64,000 nt of DNA from the human T2T-CHM13v2.0 reference genome, Homo sapiens. Location of the stretch: NCBI RefSeq assembly GCF_009914755.1, contig NC_060944.1, one strand, 5' to 3'. Position 1 is the first letter of the stretch. Each line of letters opens with the position of its first letter. The notes below the pieces were generated by a model. That model saw only the letters and a list, made by a program, of their open reading frames with translations. It was not told where the DNA came from and searched no databases. The translations under genes were made by a program, and so were the position numbers. Below, one piece after another: positions 17,357 to 30,520 of this stretch.

Positions 17357-17937
17357 ATATATATATATAGATACATAGGTATATCCATATCCGTCCATAC
17401 ATACATACGTACATGTCTCTTGAGCCGCTAAGTTCAGGCAGGTCTTAGATAGTAAATACGGGAAGAAAGAAAAACACAACTCACATTATTCAGACATAAT
17501 CTGCTTGCCATGTTTCTCCTCTTCCTCTAAGACACACTCGAATGCCCCAGTGCTATGAAGCCGTGTCTGACCCACAGACACCGTAAGTGTGTGGCCCTCC
17601 TGGGTGCACTGACAGCAAGCTCATCTCTCTACAAGCCCCCGTGCAGTGAGCACTCCGAATCCTAATTGCCTGTTTAGATGTCAGTCTCTCACACTGAACT
17701 GTGAATGACTAGAGGGCTTATAAGCAAGCCCTTTTGCTTATAAGCACCCAGGCTAAGGACCAGCCCAACCAACCAGAGTGACAGAAATATGTTCCAAGGC
17801 CATGGAACTCAGGAGCAATTTTGTTCTGGAGGAGTTGAGCATGTTTCTAACGCCCTGTACTGTTTACTTACCCCCCAAGAGCCACCCTACATCGGGCATA
17901 ATTGTAATTCGGGAGAGTTTCTTTAAAACATAAAATC

Positions 17938-17939
17938 AT

Positions 17940-17986
<47 letters not shown>

Positions 17987-18266
17987 GAGACAGAGTCTCA
18001 CTCTGTCCCCCTGGCTGGAGTGCAGTGGTGCGATCTTGGCCCCCTGCAACCACTACCTCCCAGGTTCAAGCGTTTCTCATGCCTCAGCCTCACGAGTAGC
18101 TGGGATTACAGGCTCCCACCACCATACCCAGCTAATTTTTGTATTTTTAGTAGAGATGGGATTTCATCATGTTGGCCAGGCTGGTCTTGAGCTCCTGGCC
18201 TCAAGTGATCTGCCCACCTCGGCCTCTCAAAGTGCTGGGATTACAGGTGTGAGCCACCGCGCCTGA
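17938..18266 (-). mobile_element. AluS with (TTTA)n tail
   Basis: (TTTA)n then reverse Alu. Confidence 0.92.
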
Positions 18267-18442
18267 CCCACAACATGAAATCAATATCTAGGTGCAGATT
18301 TCAAACAATATAGAGAATTGGTTTGTGAGAATGACATCATTCAGTTGGAACAAAGTCCAGCTTTGGCAGCCCTGTTGGGAAAGGTAGATCTGGCATCTAC
18401 CTGTGTGGAAAGCAGAGAGGATGCTGTCTGGAAAGAATGCTG

Positions 18443-18453
18443 GTGTGTGTGTG

Positions 18454-18492
<39 letters not shown>
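18443..18492. repeat. (TG)n microsatellite
   Basis: ~25 TG units with one CG interruption. Confidence 0.97.
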
Positions 18493-18494
<2 letters not shown>

Positions 18495-19232
18495 CAGGAG
18501 GCTCTCGGCTCATACACTCTTTGTGACTATAGGGGAGGCTGGGCTTGACTTCTTGCCATCAGGCTCCTGAATCTCCAGAGATCTTGCGGAACTTTCCACA
18601 TGAAAAAAACACCAAAAAACAAAAAATGACAGCCTCCCTTAAAATGCATATGGGAGACAGGGACTGTTGGCTGGGGACCCAGACTATGGCCACAGCCACA
18701 GACTTCAAAGCTGCCTCAAGCCTAGGACTCCAGCTTGTGGACATCTTGCAGGTCTGCTTTCTGTCCTCTTTGAACCTTGTCCACAATCAGTGCCCTTGGC
18801 CCTGCCTTGCTTGGGTTCATAGCTAAACTCTCCCTGTTCCTTGAGCCATTTTTGATATGCCAATCTGGCTGCAGTCTGTTTAACTTGGTAAACACTGTAA
18901 TCTGGGCTATACCTCTAGTCACAGGCTTTTGGTCAGCTAGTTCTGCACACAGGGTTATGTGCCACCCTTCCCCCATCTTGGGGTTCCTGCCACAGTCACA
19001 GTGCAAGTGAACGCAAGAACCACTTCACCATAAAAAAGGCTGCTTCACTGCCAGTGGCTTCTCAGATAATGGGAGTTGGTGCCAGTGGCTTTGGCAGCAA
19101 CATGAGATAGGGACCTCTGTGCAGGCATCAGAGGCCTTGATCACAACCTTGGCAGTGGTCTGTATCAGGGCCTTGAGTAAGCATGAGAAACAGAGATGGT
19201 GCTTTTGGTGGTGCCAGGACAATGTGCTTTGT

Positions 19233-19852
<620 letters not shown>

Positions 19853-20084
19853 AATTTCTTTAGTTAACAATTAGAATACTTATCTGTTCTTATTAGGAAA
19901 AAAAACCAATGTCTTCCTCTTGAGACCCTCTCTTTTCTACTGAATAAACCCAAGAAATCTGGGGCTTATTAAGTCTAAAACAGCCAGTCCAGCTTCCAAA
20001 CAAGTCAGCCAAGCCCAGGTTGTGTATCTAACTTGTGAAAAACAGGTCACCTGGAGGGGACACTGTCTGAGAGCCACCTCACAT

Positions 20085-20510
20085 CTACATGGAGATGGCG
20101 CAAAGGAATGTTGCCAGTTGTGGCAACCGTGAAAATTCATCGTTCAGCTCTCCTGCCGTGGGGAGCGGAGTTGACTGGCAGCCCCAGCTGCTCCCCCTCC
20201 GGGTCCCCCACTGCGTTTGTGCTACTGCAGGCTGATTCCTGCAAGATGCTGCTGCTCTGACAGACAACTCTGGCTCCAGGACTCCCCACTGGCCTGGGAG
20301 AGCCTTCATTGAAACTGCACTGACATCTGACACTCTTCTTAACCAATCTTTTCTTCCCGCTTTCCTTCACAGCTGTCAGATTTTTATTCCTGTCTGAATC
20401 CTCTCTTGCCATTTCCTGTTTGCTTCCGCTTTATCCTTCACAGACATTTCCCCCAGTAAAGCCCTTGTATGTCTAATTTGGTTTTGGCATCTGTTTCTCA
20501 GTAGACCTCC
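20085..20510 (+). mobile_element. ERVL-class solo LTR (LTR33/LTR16-group-like)
   Basis: 3' end cttcacagacatttcccccagtaaagcccttgtatgtctaat...ttggcatctgtttctc. Confidence 0.5.
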
Positions 20511-20721
20511 CAGGCGTACATGGTGCTGGAGCTGGTTCCCACTGGCTTGTGAGGGCTGAGCCTATGTCTCTCTTTCCGATTCCACACTCAGTGACATCAT
20601 GATGGGAGCTCGAAATAGGTCATGGTGGGAGTATTTACAACATAGAAATCAACTAGTGCTATGCATGAAGGCTTTTTCTTCTCAGTGAGCTGGTTGCTAA
20701 ACATTTATGAGCAAACCTCTG
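20511..20721 (+). mobile_element. MER63A-like hAT DNA transposon
   Basis: gtgctggagctggttcccactggcttgtgagggc...gggagtatttacaac...gagctggttgctaaacatttatgagcaaacctctg. Confidence 0.6.
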
Positions 20722-20889
20722 GTATCTACCCAATAGAAATGTATGTATACTCACCAAAATACCTGTATTTGATTTCCAGATGATCATAGCATCATGATTC
20801 ATAGTAATCTCAAACTGGAAACTGCCCAAATGTCCAGCAAGAGAATTAATCAATAAATTGTCATATCATGATGTGTGTATATAAGTTTC

Positions 20890-21655
<766 letters not shown>

Positions 21656-21659
21656 CCCA

Positions 21660-21965
21660 TTGTATGTTTATACCACGTTTTGTTTACCCATTCATCTATC
21701 TACAGACACCTGAGTTGCTTCCACCTCCTGGCTCTTGTGAATAATGTTACAATAAACATGGAAATACACCTATCTCTTCAAAATCCTGCTTTCAATTATT
21801 TGGGAAATATACCCAGAAGTGAACAGCTGGATCAAATGGTAATTCTATTTTTAACTTGTTGAGGAGCCCCCATACTGTTTTTCATAGTGGCTGCACCATT
21901 TTATATTACCACTAACAGTGCACAAGGGTTCCAATTTCTCTACATCCTCACCAACACTTGTTATT
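21660..21965 (-). mobile_element. L1M 3' fragment
   Basis: atatacccagaagtg...ctggatcaaatggtaattctatttttaac...ggctgcaccattttatattaccactaacagtgcacaagggttcc. Confidence 0.8.
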
Positions 21966-21994
21966 GTCTGTTTGTCTGACTTCTTTGTTTTTAG

Positions 21995-22603
<609 letters not shown>

Positions 22604-22744
22604 TGAATACATTGAGTGAATTGACTACCTGTGTAGTGTGTGAAGTGGGCTGAATGGTGGCTCCCCCAAAAGATTTGTCCATGTTCTAATCCTTGGAACC
22701 TCTGGATGTTACTGTATTTGGAAAAAAAGGTCTTTGCAAATGTT

Positions 22745-23049
22745 GCCAGGCACGTTGGCTCATGCCTGTAATCCTAGCACTTTGCAGGCCAAGGCGGTAG
22801 GATCACCTGAGGTCAGGAGTTCGAGACTAGCCTGGCCAACATGTGAAACCCCGTCTCTACTAAAAAAAATACAAAAATTAGCTGGGCGTGGTGACGGTTA
22901 CCTGTAGTCCCAGCTACTTGGGAGGCTGAGGCATGAAAATCGCTTGAACCCAGGAGGCAGAGGTTACAGTGAGCCAAGATCATGCCATTTGCATTCCAGC
23001 CTGGGCAACAGAGTGAGACTCTGTCTCAAAAAAAAAAAAAAAAAAAAAA
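22745..23049 (+). mobile_element. AluS
   Basis: Full Alu, long poly-A, TSD aaaagg(t)ctttgc.aatgt. Confidence 0.93.
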
Positions 23050-23365
23050 GGCTTTGCGAATGTAATTAATTAAGGAGCTTGAGGTGAGTTCATCCTGGAT
23101 CATCCAGGTGGGCCCTAAATCCAATAAATGTCCTTATAGGAGATACACACAGAAGACGGACATAGAGGGGAGGTGACGTGAAGGTGGAGGCAGATATGGG
23201 ATTTGTGACCACGAGCCAAGGAAGCCAAGGAATGTGGACAGCCACCAGGAGCTGGAACAGGCAGGGAAGGGTTCTTCCCTAGAGTCTCCAGAAGCCTAGC
23301 CTGCTGATACCCTGATTTCAGACTTCTGGTCTCCAGAACTGTGAGAGAATACATTTCTGTAGGTT

Positions 23366-24642
23366 GGTTTTTGTTGTTGTTTTAAAACTTTTATTGTTTT
23401 TAGCAATAATCATGTGTGTTCATTTTAGGAATATGGAATACACAAGTAAGCAGATAAAAAAAATCTTTTATAATCCTCTGTGGAGAGATTGTACCTTTTG
23501 TCTTTCACCCTTCACGAGTTTTTATGTGCATATATGTGATATCCAAATGTACTCTTACCTTTCAAAAATGTTATTCACAATTGGGCATGGTGGTATGTGC
23601 CTGTAGTCCCAGCTACTGGGAAGGCTGAGGCAGGAGGATCGCTTCAGCCCAGGAGTTTGAGGCTGTAGTGTGCGATTATCACATCTGTGAATAGACACAG
23701 CACTTCAGCCCGGGCAACGTAGCAAGACCCTGTCCCTAAAAACTAAAAAATTAAAATGATATTAACATATTACTTAGTAACCCTTTTTTCATTTTATATC
23801 CTATCAGGAACCTCTTTTTTTTTTTTTTTTTTTTTTACAAATGAGTAAATCTCTTCTATAAAAGAGATTTGAAGATTGGTTCAAATATGGTAAACAATGA
23901 GATATGGATAAATGATGCATCTGAAGCCACTAACAGCAACAGGTTAAAAGTAGAAAGATGGACAAAGGTATATCAGAAAAATGCTAATAAAAAGAAAGTT
24001 ATATAGCATTGTTAATATCACATAAAATAAAAATAAAAGTAAATTGCATTAAATAGGGGCAAGGATGGTTTTGATCAATTTTCCAGTACATCCCTATAAG
24101 TTTGTTTCTTACTCTCCTTATCTCGTCTATTTCATCCACTTCTCTAAACATATCTTCATTGCTTAAATGCCTCTTATGTACATCTTTATATTCTGGAGAG
24201 ATGGAATTAGCTTTCTCTAAAAGTTCCTTCTGCATTTTCCTCCTCCTCTGGCTTTTCCTCAAAATTTGGTTCACTATTTTCTGGCCTTCCTTCCATTTTT
24301 GGACAGGGTTTCATCTCATGTCTGTGGGGCTTCTCTTTCTTCCTTCTATTCTTTCTTTCTTTTTCCTTCCTTCCTTTTGTTTTCCTTTCTTCCCTCTTTC
24401 CTTTCTTTTTTCCTGCTTATTCCCCTTTGAGTGCAATAACTTCTGGCACTGATCAGGTAAGTTTCTTTCTCCTCTTTGTCTAGCCTTGCATTGTGCTAAG
24501 AACAACAGACCTGCAAAATTCTCACAAGTTGACTCTTCCCTTCGTTGGCCCCCAGCACCTTGGCCAACACTGCTGAAGGAAGCTGGTACCCAGGTGGGAA
24601 CAAGAACCAGACTAGTAGGACTTCTGCACTGTCAACTTTTAA
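23366..24642 (-). pseudogene. TCEAL9: Processed pseudogene of TCEAL9 (WBP5); CDS remnant 24314->24044 (symbol given is the parent gene)
   Basis: Minus strand from ATG 24314: MKPCPKMEGRPENSEPNFEEKPEEEENAEGTFRE, frameshift, then KDVHKRHLSNEDMFREVDEIDEIRRVRNKLIGMYWKIDQNHPCPYLM, matching the recalled TCEAL9 sequence (MKSCQKMEGKPENE...RHLSNEDMFREVDEIDEIRRVRNKLIVMRWKVNRNHPYPYLM); minus-strand AATAAA at 23395-23390, decayed A-tail 23366-23383, TSD-like atttctgt(a)ggtt at 23353-23365 and 24643-24654. Confidence 0.88.
23582..23750 (+). mobile_element. FRAM/Alu right monomer inside the retrocopy 3' UTR
   Basis: tgggcatggtggtatgtgcctgtagtcccagctac...gcaagaccctgtccctaaaaa. Confidence 0.8.
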
Positions 24643-25569
24643 ATTTCTGTGGTTTTATGCCACCAAGTTTGTGGAAATTTATTATAGCAGTCACAGGAAA
24701 CTAATATGTCATCTGTAATTAGGAGAAATTATAAGGGATTTTAATCCAAAAGGATGGCTTCAGTTTGGGAACTTCTAATTTGAAGTACTTCATGGCCATA
24801 TTTAGCAAAGTCATTTGTCTTTTAACAGTAGTACTGTTTTCATAGTATCTTATCTATACACAAGAGAAAATTTTTGTTCTCTGTTGTAGAAATTTGGGGG
24901 AGGGGGCATGAATCTAGCTCATCCAATAGAAATTTCAAGTCTTCTGCCTTTAAATTGATGTGCTCATCCCAGTGCAGCGTCTTGTCCCTTGAGCTGACAT
25001 AAAGGTGAACTCCTGTACTTGTGGGACTTGTCTGAGGAGGCCACCAGGAGCTCTGCCAACAGCTCAGAGGTATAACTTTATGCTCCCAGATCAGGGACTC
25101 CTAAACACTTTCTCTTACAGTCTGCCAAGGACTATTGGAATCTTATTGCTGGTTGGTTGACAGTGGGATATCCATTGGAGCTTTCAATGGCACTTTATTC
25201 CTACCTAGAACCCTCTCAGTTGTGTTTGTTCCAAACCTTCAGGATCAACCTCTTTCACAGGCAACGTAGTACCTTACCTTCTAGGTGAGATTTTAACACC
25301 TATAATTAGAGAATTGCTTGGTCACACATTGACTAAAAGTATAAGGATAACTTTGGGACAATAAAATGTATCGATGTTTCAAACAGTGCAGAATGAGGAC
25401 CGGTGATGTTTGCGGGAAAGTCAGATGGTCAATCAGATCTTACTTGAGCAGTATTCAATCTTTGCTTTCTAGTAGGTATTTGATAAACAAACATTTGTTA
25501 TATGTATTACACATACATGGAGCTATCTATTTGTATCTATTGGTACCCCTCCCAAATTTCCTTTATAGG

Positions 25570-25860
25570 ATCCTTCTTACTGCTGTGAATGTTGTCTGCT
25601 GAAAGAGATGTGTGTACAAAATGCTGCTCCCTTACCTCAAAGTGGAATCAATTCTATGGTACAATTCATGCTCTAGGGCTCTCCATAGGATCAGGCTGAA
25701 GCTCAACTCTAGATAAGACCAGACCACATCTTTTCTCAACCCCCTCCTGGGCTCTATCTTGCTTCCTTCACTGTGTTTCTTCCGAGAGCAATCTTCCAAT
25801 GAATTATGCACTCAGATCCTGTTTCAGGGTTCTGCTTCTAGGGAATCTGACCAAAGACAC
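25570..25860 (+). mobile_element. ERVL LTR (LTR16A-like)
   Basis: ctccataggatcaggctgaagc...tcctgtttcagggttctgcttctagggaatctgaccaaagaca. Confidence 0.6.
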
Positions 25861-26451
25861 TGCACGAGTAAAAGCCAAAAATTATAAAATCCATCTATGT
25901 CCATGACTTGGAGACAATGCAAGCAAAGAAACAGGAAGAGATGACATGAAATCAGAGAAAGGGCCAAGGTGAGTAAGATGCCTTACTTAAGTGAAAAAGA
26001 ATAGGCATAGGCACCTTCAAACCATCCTGCACTAACCTAGTGGAGACAAACCCTTTTGGTCATGCAGTTGGCAAGAACAATGTTATTTTAGTGTCTGGAC
26101 TTAGAGTAATTTGTATCAAAGCCTGGGTATTCTTTGCCACTGGCATTACAGTTTCTGGGACCTGGAAATGACCACCATGACAAAGACCAGTGGAAAAAAA
26201 GGGATTTCAGGCAGAACTGCTGCAGAATCTTGCTGATAAGGCACTGGGGTCCGACAGAGGCACTTCTGAAGCTACGGTGACTACGGTGACCTCCTTCATG
26301 AGAAGCAACTGGACAATGATACTAGTGTATTACATATAGATGACTAGTTGTAGATTATACATTTATATACAATTATACTGTCGTTCTTAATTCTTAATCA
26401 AGTCCACATCACAAGACTTATTCTTGTCCTTGGAGGAACCAGGGTACAGAG

Positions 26452-26908
26452 TATTCTGGTAATTTATTATTGTGTAACGAACTGTCCCCAGTTGGCTCAT
26501 TTATTTGCTTATGTATCTGCAGTTTGGGGCGGGTTCAGCAGGAACAACACCCCCCTGCTTCATGATTGGGGCCCCAACTGGGAAGACTTGAATGGCTGGG
26601 GGCTGGCTTCCTCACAGCATGGTGGTCTCAGGGTAGCTGGACATCTTTTATGGCAAGTGTTCCAAGACACTTCAGGAGGAAGCTGCAAGACTTCTTATGA
26701 CCTAGCATAAAGTCCCATTTCTGGGACCTCAGAAATCCCAGTACATCACTTCCACCATAGTCTATCAGTCAAGCAAATCACTAAGGCCAGGCTAGATTCA
26801 GAGTGGGGTGGGGGTGGGGGTGGGGGTGGGGCCGGGGCCAAGGGTTAGACCTGATCTCTCCATAGAAGGAATGTAAGAGAATTTGCAGCCATCTTTAATC
26901 TATCACAC
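26452..26908 (-). mobile_element. MLT1H-like MaLR LTR
   Basis: ggcttcctcacagcatggtggtctcagggtag...aagctgcaagacttcttatgacctagc...gcagccatctttaatctatcaca. Confidence 0.65.
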
Positions 26909-26974
26909 AGACATAGAATGTGTAGGGGACTTTTTGATAAACGCAGTAAAGGAAAAAGAAGATAGCAGGTAAGA

Positions 26975-27308
<334 letters not shown>

Positions 27309-28438
27309 TAATTTGAGCATGTTTGAAAGCTAAGGAAAAAGAACCAGAGAAGGGAGTAGATTAAGGAAGTAAGAAAGAATGTTTGCTGCAGCAAGATTCT
27401 AAGGCTTCAGAGTAGCAATATCTAGTCTAGGGATTGCTGTTCTTCAGATGCACACCTTTTCTGTTATCCCTGAATGTTGGTAAAATCATGTGAAACTTCA
27501 CAGTGTGGGTTCAGTCTTGCTGTGGGGAGGGAAGGGAAGGAAAGGGCTGGTTCACTTCTGGCCTGGAAGATTAGGGGGAGCAATGTCTCCTACAGCTAGG
27601 GCATGGCCTATGCCAGCCTCCCCATCTGATGGGGTCCTGCCAGAGGGTAGGGCCATGTCTTCAATTTCAAAATCCTACATGGCAAAAACATAACCTGCAA
27701 ACCAGAATGTCAGTGCTAGGGCCTAGGCCGAACAATAGTTTTCCTGTAGGAATGGGGAGTATGTGTGGATGTAGAGCTGGGGGTAAGGCTTTTGTGCAAT
27801 TCAGCTTCACCAGGCTTGAAGAAGATGCAGTGAGGACAGTCAGGACCTGAGTATGAGAGTGGGACCTGGGTATGAGTGTGGAAATCCATCTTAGAACCTT
27901 AAAATTCCATACTCTGAGGTAAAGCTGAGAGGCTCCACAGGTCTATGAGGGTTTTTCTTTGTTTCCCAGGGACTGTAAGGTGCCCAGATTCTGAGGTAGG
28001 TGCCATAGGAATATTCCTCATAGCACAAGCATTATGTCGGACAATGTTCTGCTTATCTATTACTGAGTAACAAACCTCTCTAAAACTTAGAGGCTTAAAA
28101 TAACATAAATCATAATTTATGAAAAATTATAAATAATTCATCACTTAAGGGTTAAATGATAAATGAGTTATTTCTTAGGATTTTGGATAAGTCACAGTTA
28201 GGAAAGACCTGTTACTGTTGTAGGTAACATGGAACAGCCCAGACGGTTGGAATAACCCAACCCAGATAGCTTCTTCACTCAATGACTGATCCCTTAGCTA
28301 GGATGGCTCCACCAGCTGAGCGGCCCAGCTCTCCCTCTCCAAGTCCAAGTGGTCTCTGCACATGGTTTCTCTCCAGCAAGGTGGCTAACGGGGTGCAGCT
28401 CATGACCACCAACAGCTCAAAATCAAGGCTGCCAGGTC

Positions 28439-28718
28439 TTTTTTTTCTTTTGAGACAGAGTCTCGCTCTGTCCCCCAGGCTGGAGTGCAGTGGCGCGATC
28501 ACGACTCTCTGCAACCTCTGCCTCCTGGATTCAAGCGACTCTCCTGAGTAGCTGGGATTACAGGTGTGTGCCACCACGCCCGGCTAATTTTTGTATTTTT
28601 TGTAGAGACAGGGTTTCACCACGTCGATCAGGGTGGTCTCGAACTTCTGACCTCGTGATCTGCCCGCCTCGGCCTCCCAAGGTGCTGGGATTACAGACGT
28701 GAGCCACCGTGCCCGGCC
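28439..28718 (-). mobile_element. AluS inserted in an old MLT1 LTR
   Basis: TSD aaggctgccaggtctt at 28425-28440 and 28719-28734. Confidence 0.9.
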
Positions 28719-29151
28719 AAGGCTGCCAGGTCTTTTTTAAGCTCAGAGCTAGAAACAAGACATTGCTACTCCTACCAACTTCTTCTATTGGTGAAATTGA
28801 GTCATGGTTTCTCATGGTCTCAATCATGACCCAGCCCAGATTCCAGGGTCAAGGACCATAAAAGGCTACATTGATGGAAGACATGTCTCATTGAGGGACA
28901 CCAGAGTAACAACTACCAGACAAGAAGGGGCAGGTCTGTGTGAGCGCCATTTCCTAATTCTATATTGCCCACTCTTCAGAGAAGATGGTTGGAGGGCAAA
29001 TTGTGGGGAGCAAGGTAACTCCAAACTTTTACAAAATTAAAGGTAGGGGGTCTGGTCAGCTACAGTCCATCTGTTATCAAGAGGCCTGGCTGTGTGTCTT
29101 CATTCAGTTTATTAGGCATTTACTGAGCACAGCCTACATGCCAGGTTCTTC

Positions 29152-29438
29152 ATTTTTTGACACAGGGTCTTGTGTTGCCCAGGCTGGAGTGCAGTGCTGC
29201 GACTGCGGCTCACTGCAGCCTTCACCTCTCCAGACTCAAGCGATCCTCCTGCCTCAGCCTCTGGAGTAGCTGGGGATACAGGCGCGCACCACCATGCTCG
29301 GCTAATTTTTGTATTTTTAGTAGAGACAGTGTCTCACCCTGTTGGCCAGGCTGGTCTCGGATCCCAGAGATCAAGTGATCCGCCTGCCTCAGTTTCCCAA
29401 AGTGCTGGGATTACAGGCGTAAGCCTCCGCGCCCGGCC
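29152..29438 (-). mobile_element. Alu (J/S)
   Basis: TSD atgccaggttct on both sides. Confidence 0.88.
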
Positions 29439-29499
29439 TATGCCAGGTTCTACATGTGTTCTTTCTTGACTCTTGTGTTACAGAGGCTCGAATGAAGCC

Positions 29500-30520
29500 T
29501 GGCTTCTACAGTACCGCACCCAGCACCTCGCTGCGATGCAGCCTCCTGTACCCTTTCCGTCCGGCAGCTGGAGTTAGGGCAGAGTGCCGGGTCTCTAGGA
29601 GGGCAACACTCAACGCAGTCGGCTCCTAGGCATCCAGTGGGGCTGCAACCCCGCCGCCGGGGACGAAAGGCGAAGGGGGAAAACTAGAGCTTTCGCCGGC
29701 CGGGACAGCGCAGCCGGGTTTCAGCTCGTTCTACGGTCCACGTCAGAAGATCGCCTCCGGCGCCGCGGACGCCGGAGACCACTGTCTGCGCCCCCGCACG
29801 CACGCACCCACGTACTCGCGCACGCGCGCGCCGGCCCCGCCCACCGCCCCGCTGTGGCCCCTTTGGACCGCACGAGCCACCGTCCGCACAGCCCCGCCCC
29901 GCACGGCCAGGCGAAGCGGAGCCGGCCGTGCGGTGTGTGTGTATGTGTTCGCGGGGCGCCGTCTCAGCCCCGGGAAGATGGTGGCTGCAGCGGCGGCAAC
30001 TGAGGCAAGGCTGAGGAGGAGGACGGCGGCGACGGCAGCGCTCGCGGGCAGGAGCGGCGGGCCGCACTGGGACTGGGACGTGACCAGGGCTGGGAGGCCG
30101 GGGCTGGGGGCCGGGCTGCGCCTCCCGCGGCTGCTGTCTCCACCGCTGCGGCCACGGCTGCTGCTGCTGCTGTTGTTGCTCTCGCCGCCGCTGCTGCTGC
30201 TGCTGCTGCCCTGTGAGGCCGAGGCCGCGGCGGCGGCGGCGGCGGTGTCGGGCTCAGCCGCAGCCGAGGCCAAGGAATGTGACCGGCCCTGTGTCAACGG
30301 CGGTCGCTGCAACCCTGGCACCGGCCAGTGCGTCTGCCCCGCCGGCTGGGTGGGCGAGCAATGCCAGCACTGCGGGGGCCGCTTCAGGTGAGTGGCGGGT
30401 GGTGTCGGAGGGTCGGGTCCAACCAGAGGCTGGGGCTGAGGGGCGTTCGAGACGGCTCCAGGTCAGAGGGAGATGCTGGACAGAAAGTGGAGAGGGTAGG
30501 GCCGCCCTATGGGGTTTGAG
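29500..30520. promoter_or_regulatory. ATRN: CpG island / TATA-less ATRN promoter
   Basis: Very high GC and CpG density; GC boxes ccccgccc at ~29835 and ~29892; NRF1-like cgcgcacgcgcg ~29817-29828; CCACGTCA at 29738-29745. Confidence 0.9.
29978..30387 (+). CDS. ATRN: Attractin, coding exon 1 (long N-terminus with poly-Leu signal segment, poly-Ala, first EGF-like domain); phase-2 donor
   Basis: aagATGg strong Kozak; MVAAAAATEARLRRRTAATAALAGRSGGPHWDWDVTRAG...ECDRPCVNGGRCNPGTGQCVCPAGWVGEQCQHCGGRFR matches the human attractin N-terminus; CAG|GTGAGT donor at 30388. Confidence 0.97.

Larger units (their letters stand above)
22637..24706 (+). mobile_element. MLT1B/C MaLR LTR, split by an Alu (22745-23049) and by the TCEAL9 retrocopy (23366-24642)
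   Basis: gggctgaatggtggctcccccaaaagattt...gggccctaaatccaat...ctccagaactgtgagagaatacatttctgt, resuming at 24643 atttctgtggttttatgccaccaagtttgtgg...acaggaaactaata. Confidence 0.85.

Noticed and set aside
23815-23836. Poly-T as the 3' end of the TCEAL9 retrocopy
   Set aside because: No AATAAA next to it on the minus strand, and the MLT1 host resumes only at ~23360, where AATAAA, tail and TSD are found
23999-24274. Functional 91-aa TCEAL-like gene
   Set aside because: The authentic ATG frame (24314) stops after ~35 codons; the 91-aa ORF starts at a non-ATG codon in a shifted frame and reads through the native stop position
29690-29712. REST/RE1 site (ggacagcgc)
   Set aside because: Only the right half-site matches; the left TTCAGCACC half is absent at the required spacing
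29933-29977. 15-aa N-terminal extension of ATRN from GTG 29933 in the ORF track
   Set aside because: Non-ATG start in weak context; the known protein starts at the strong ATG 29978
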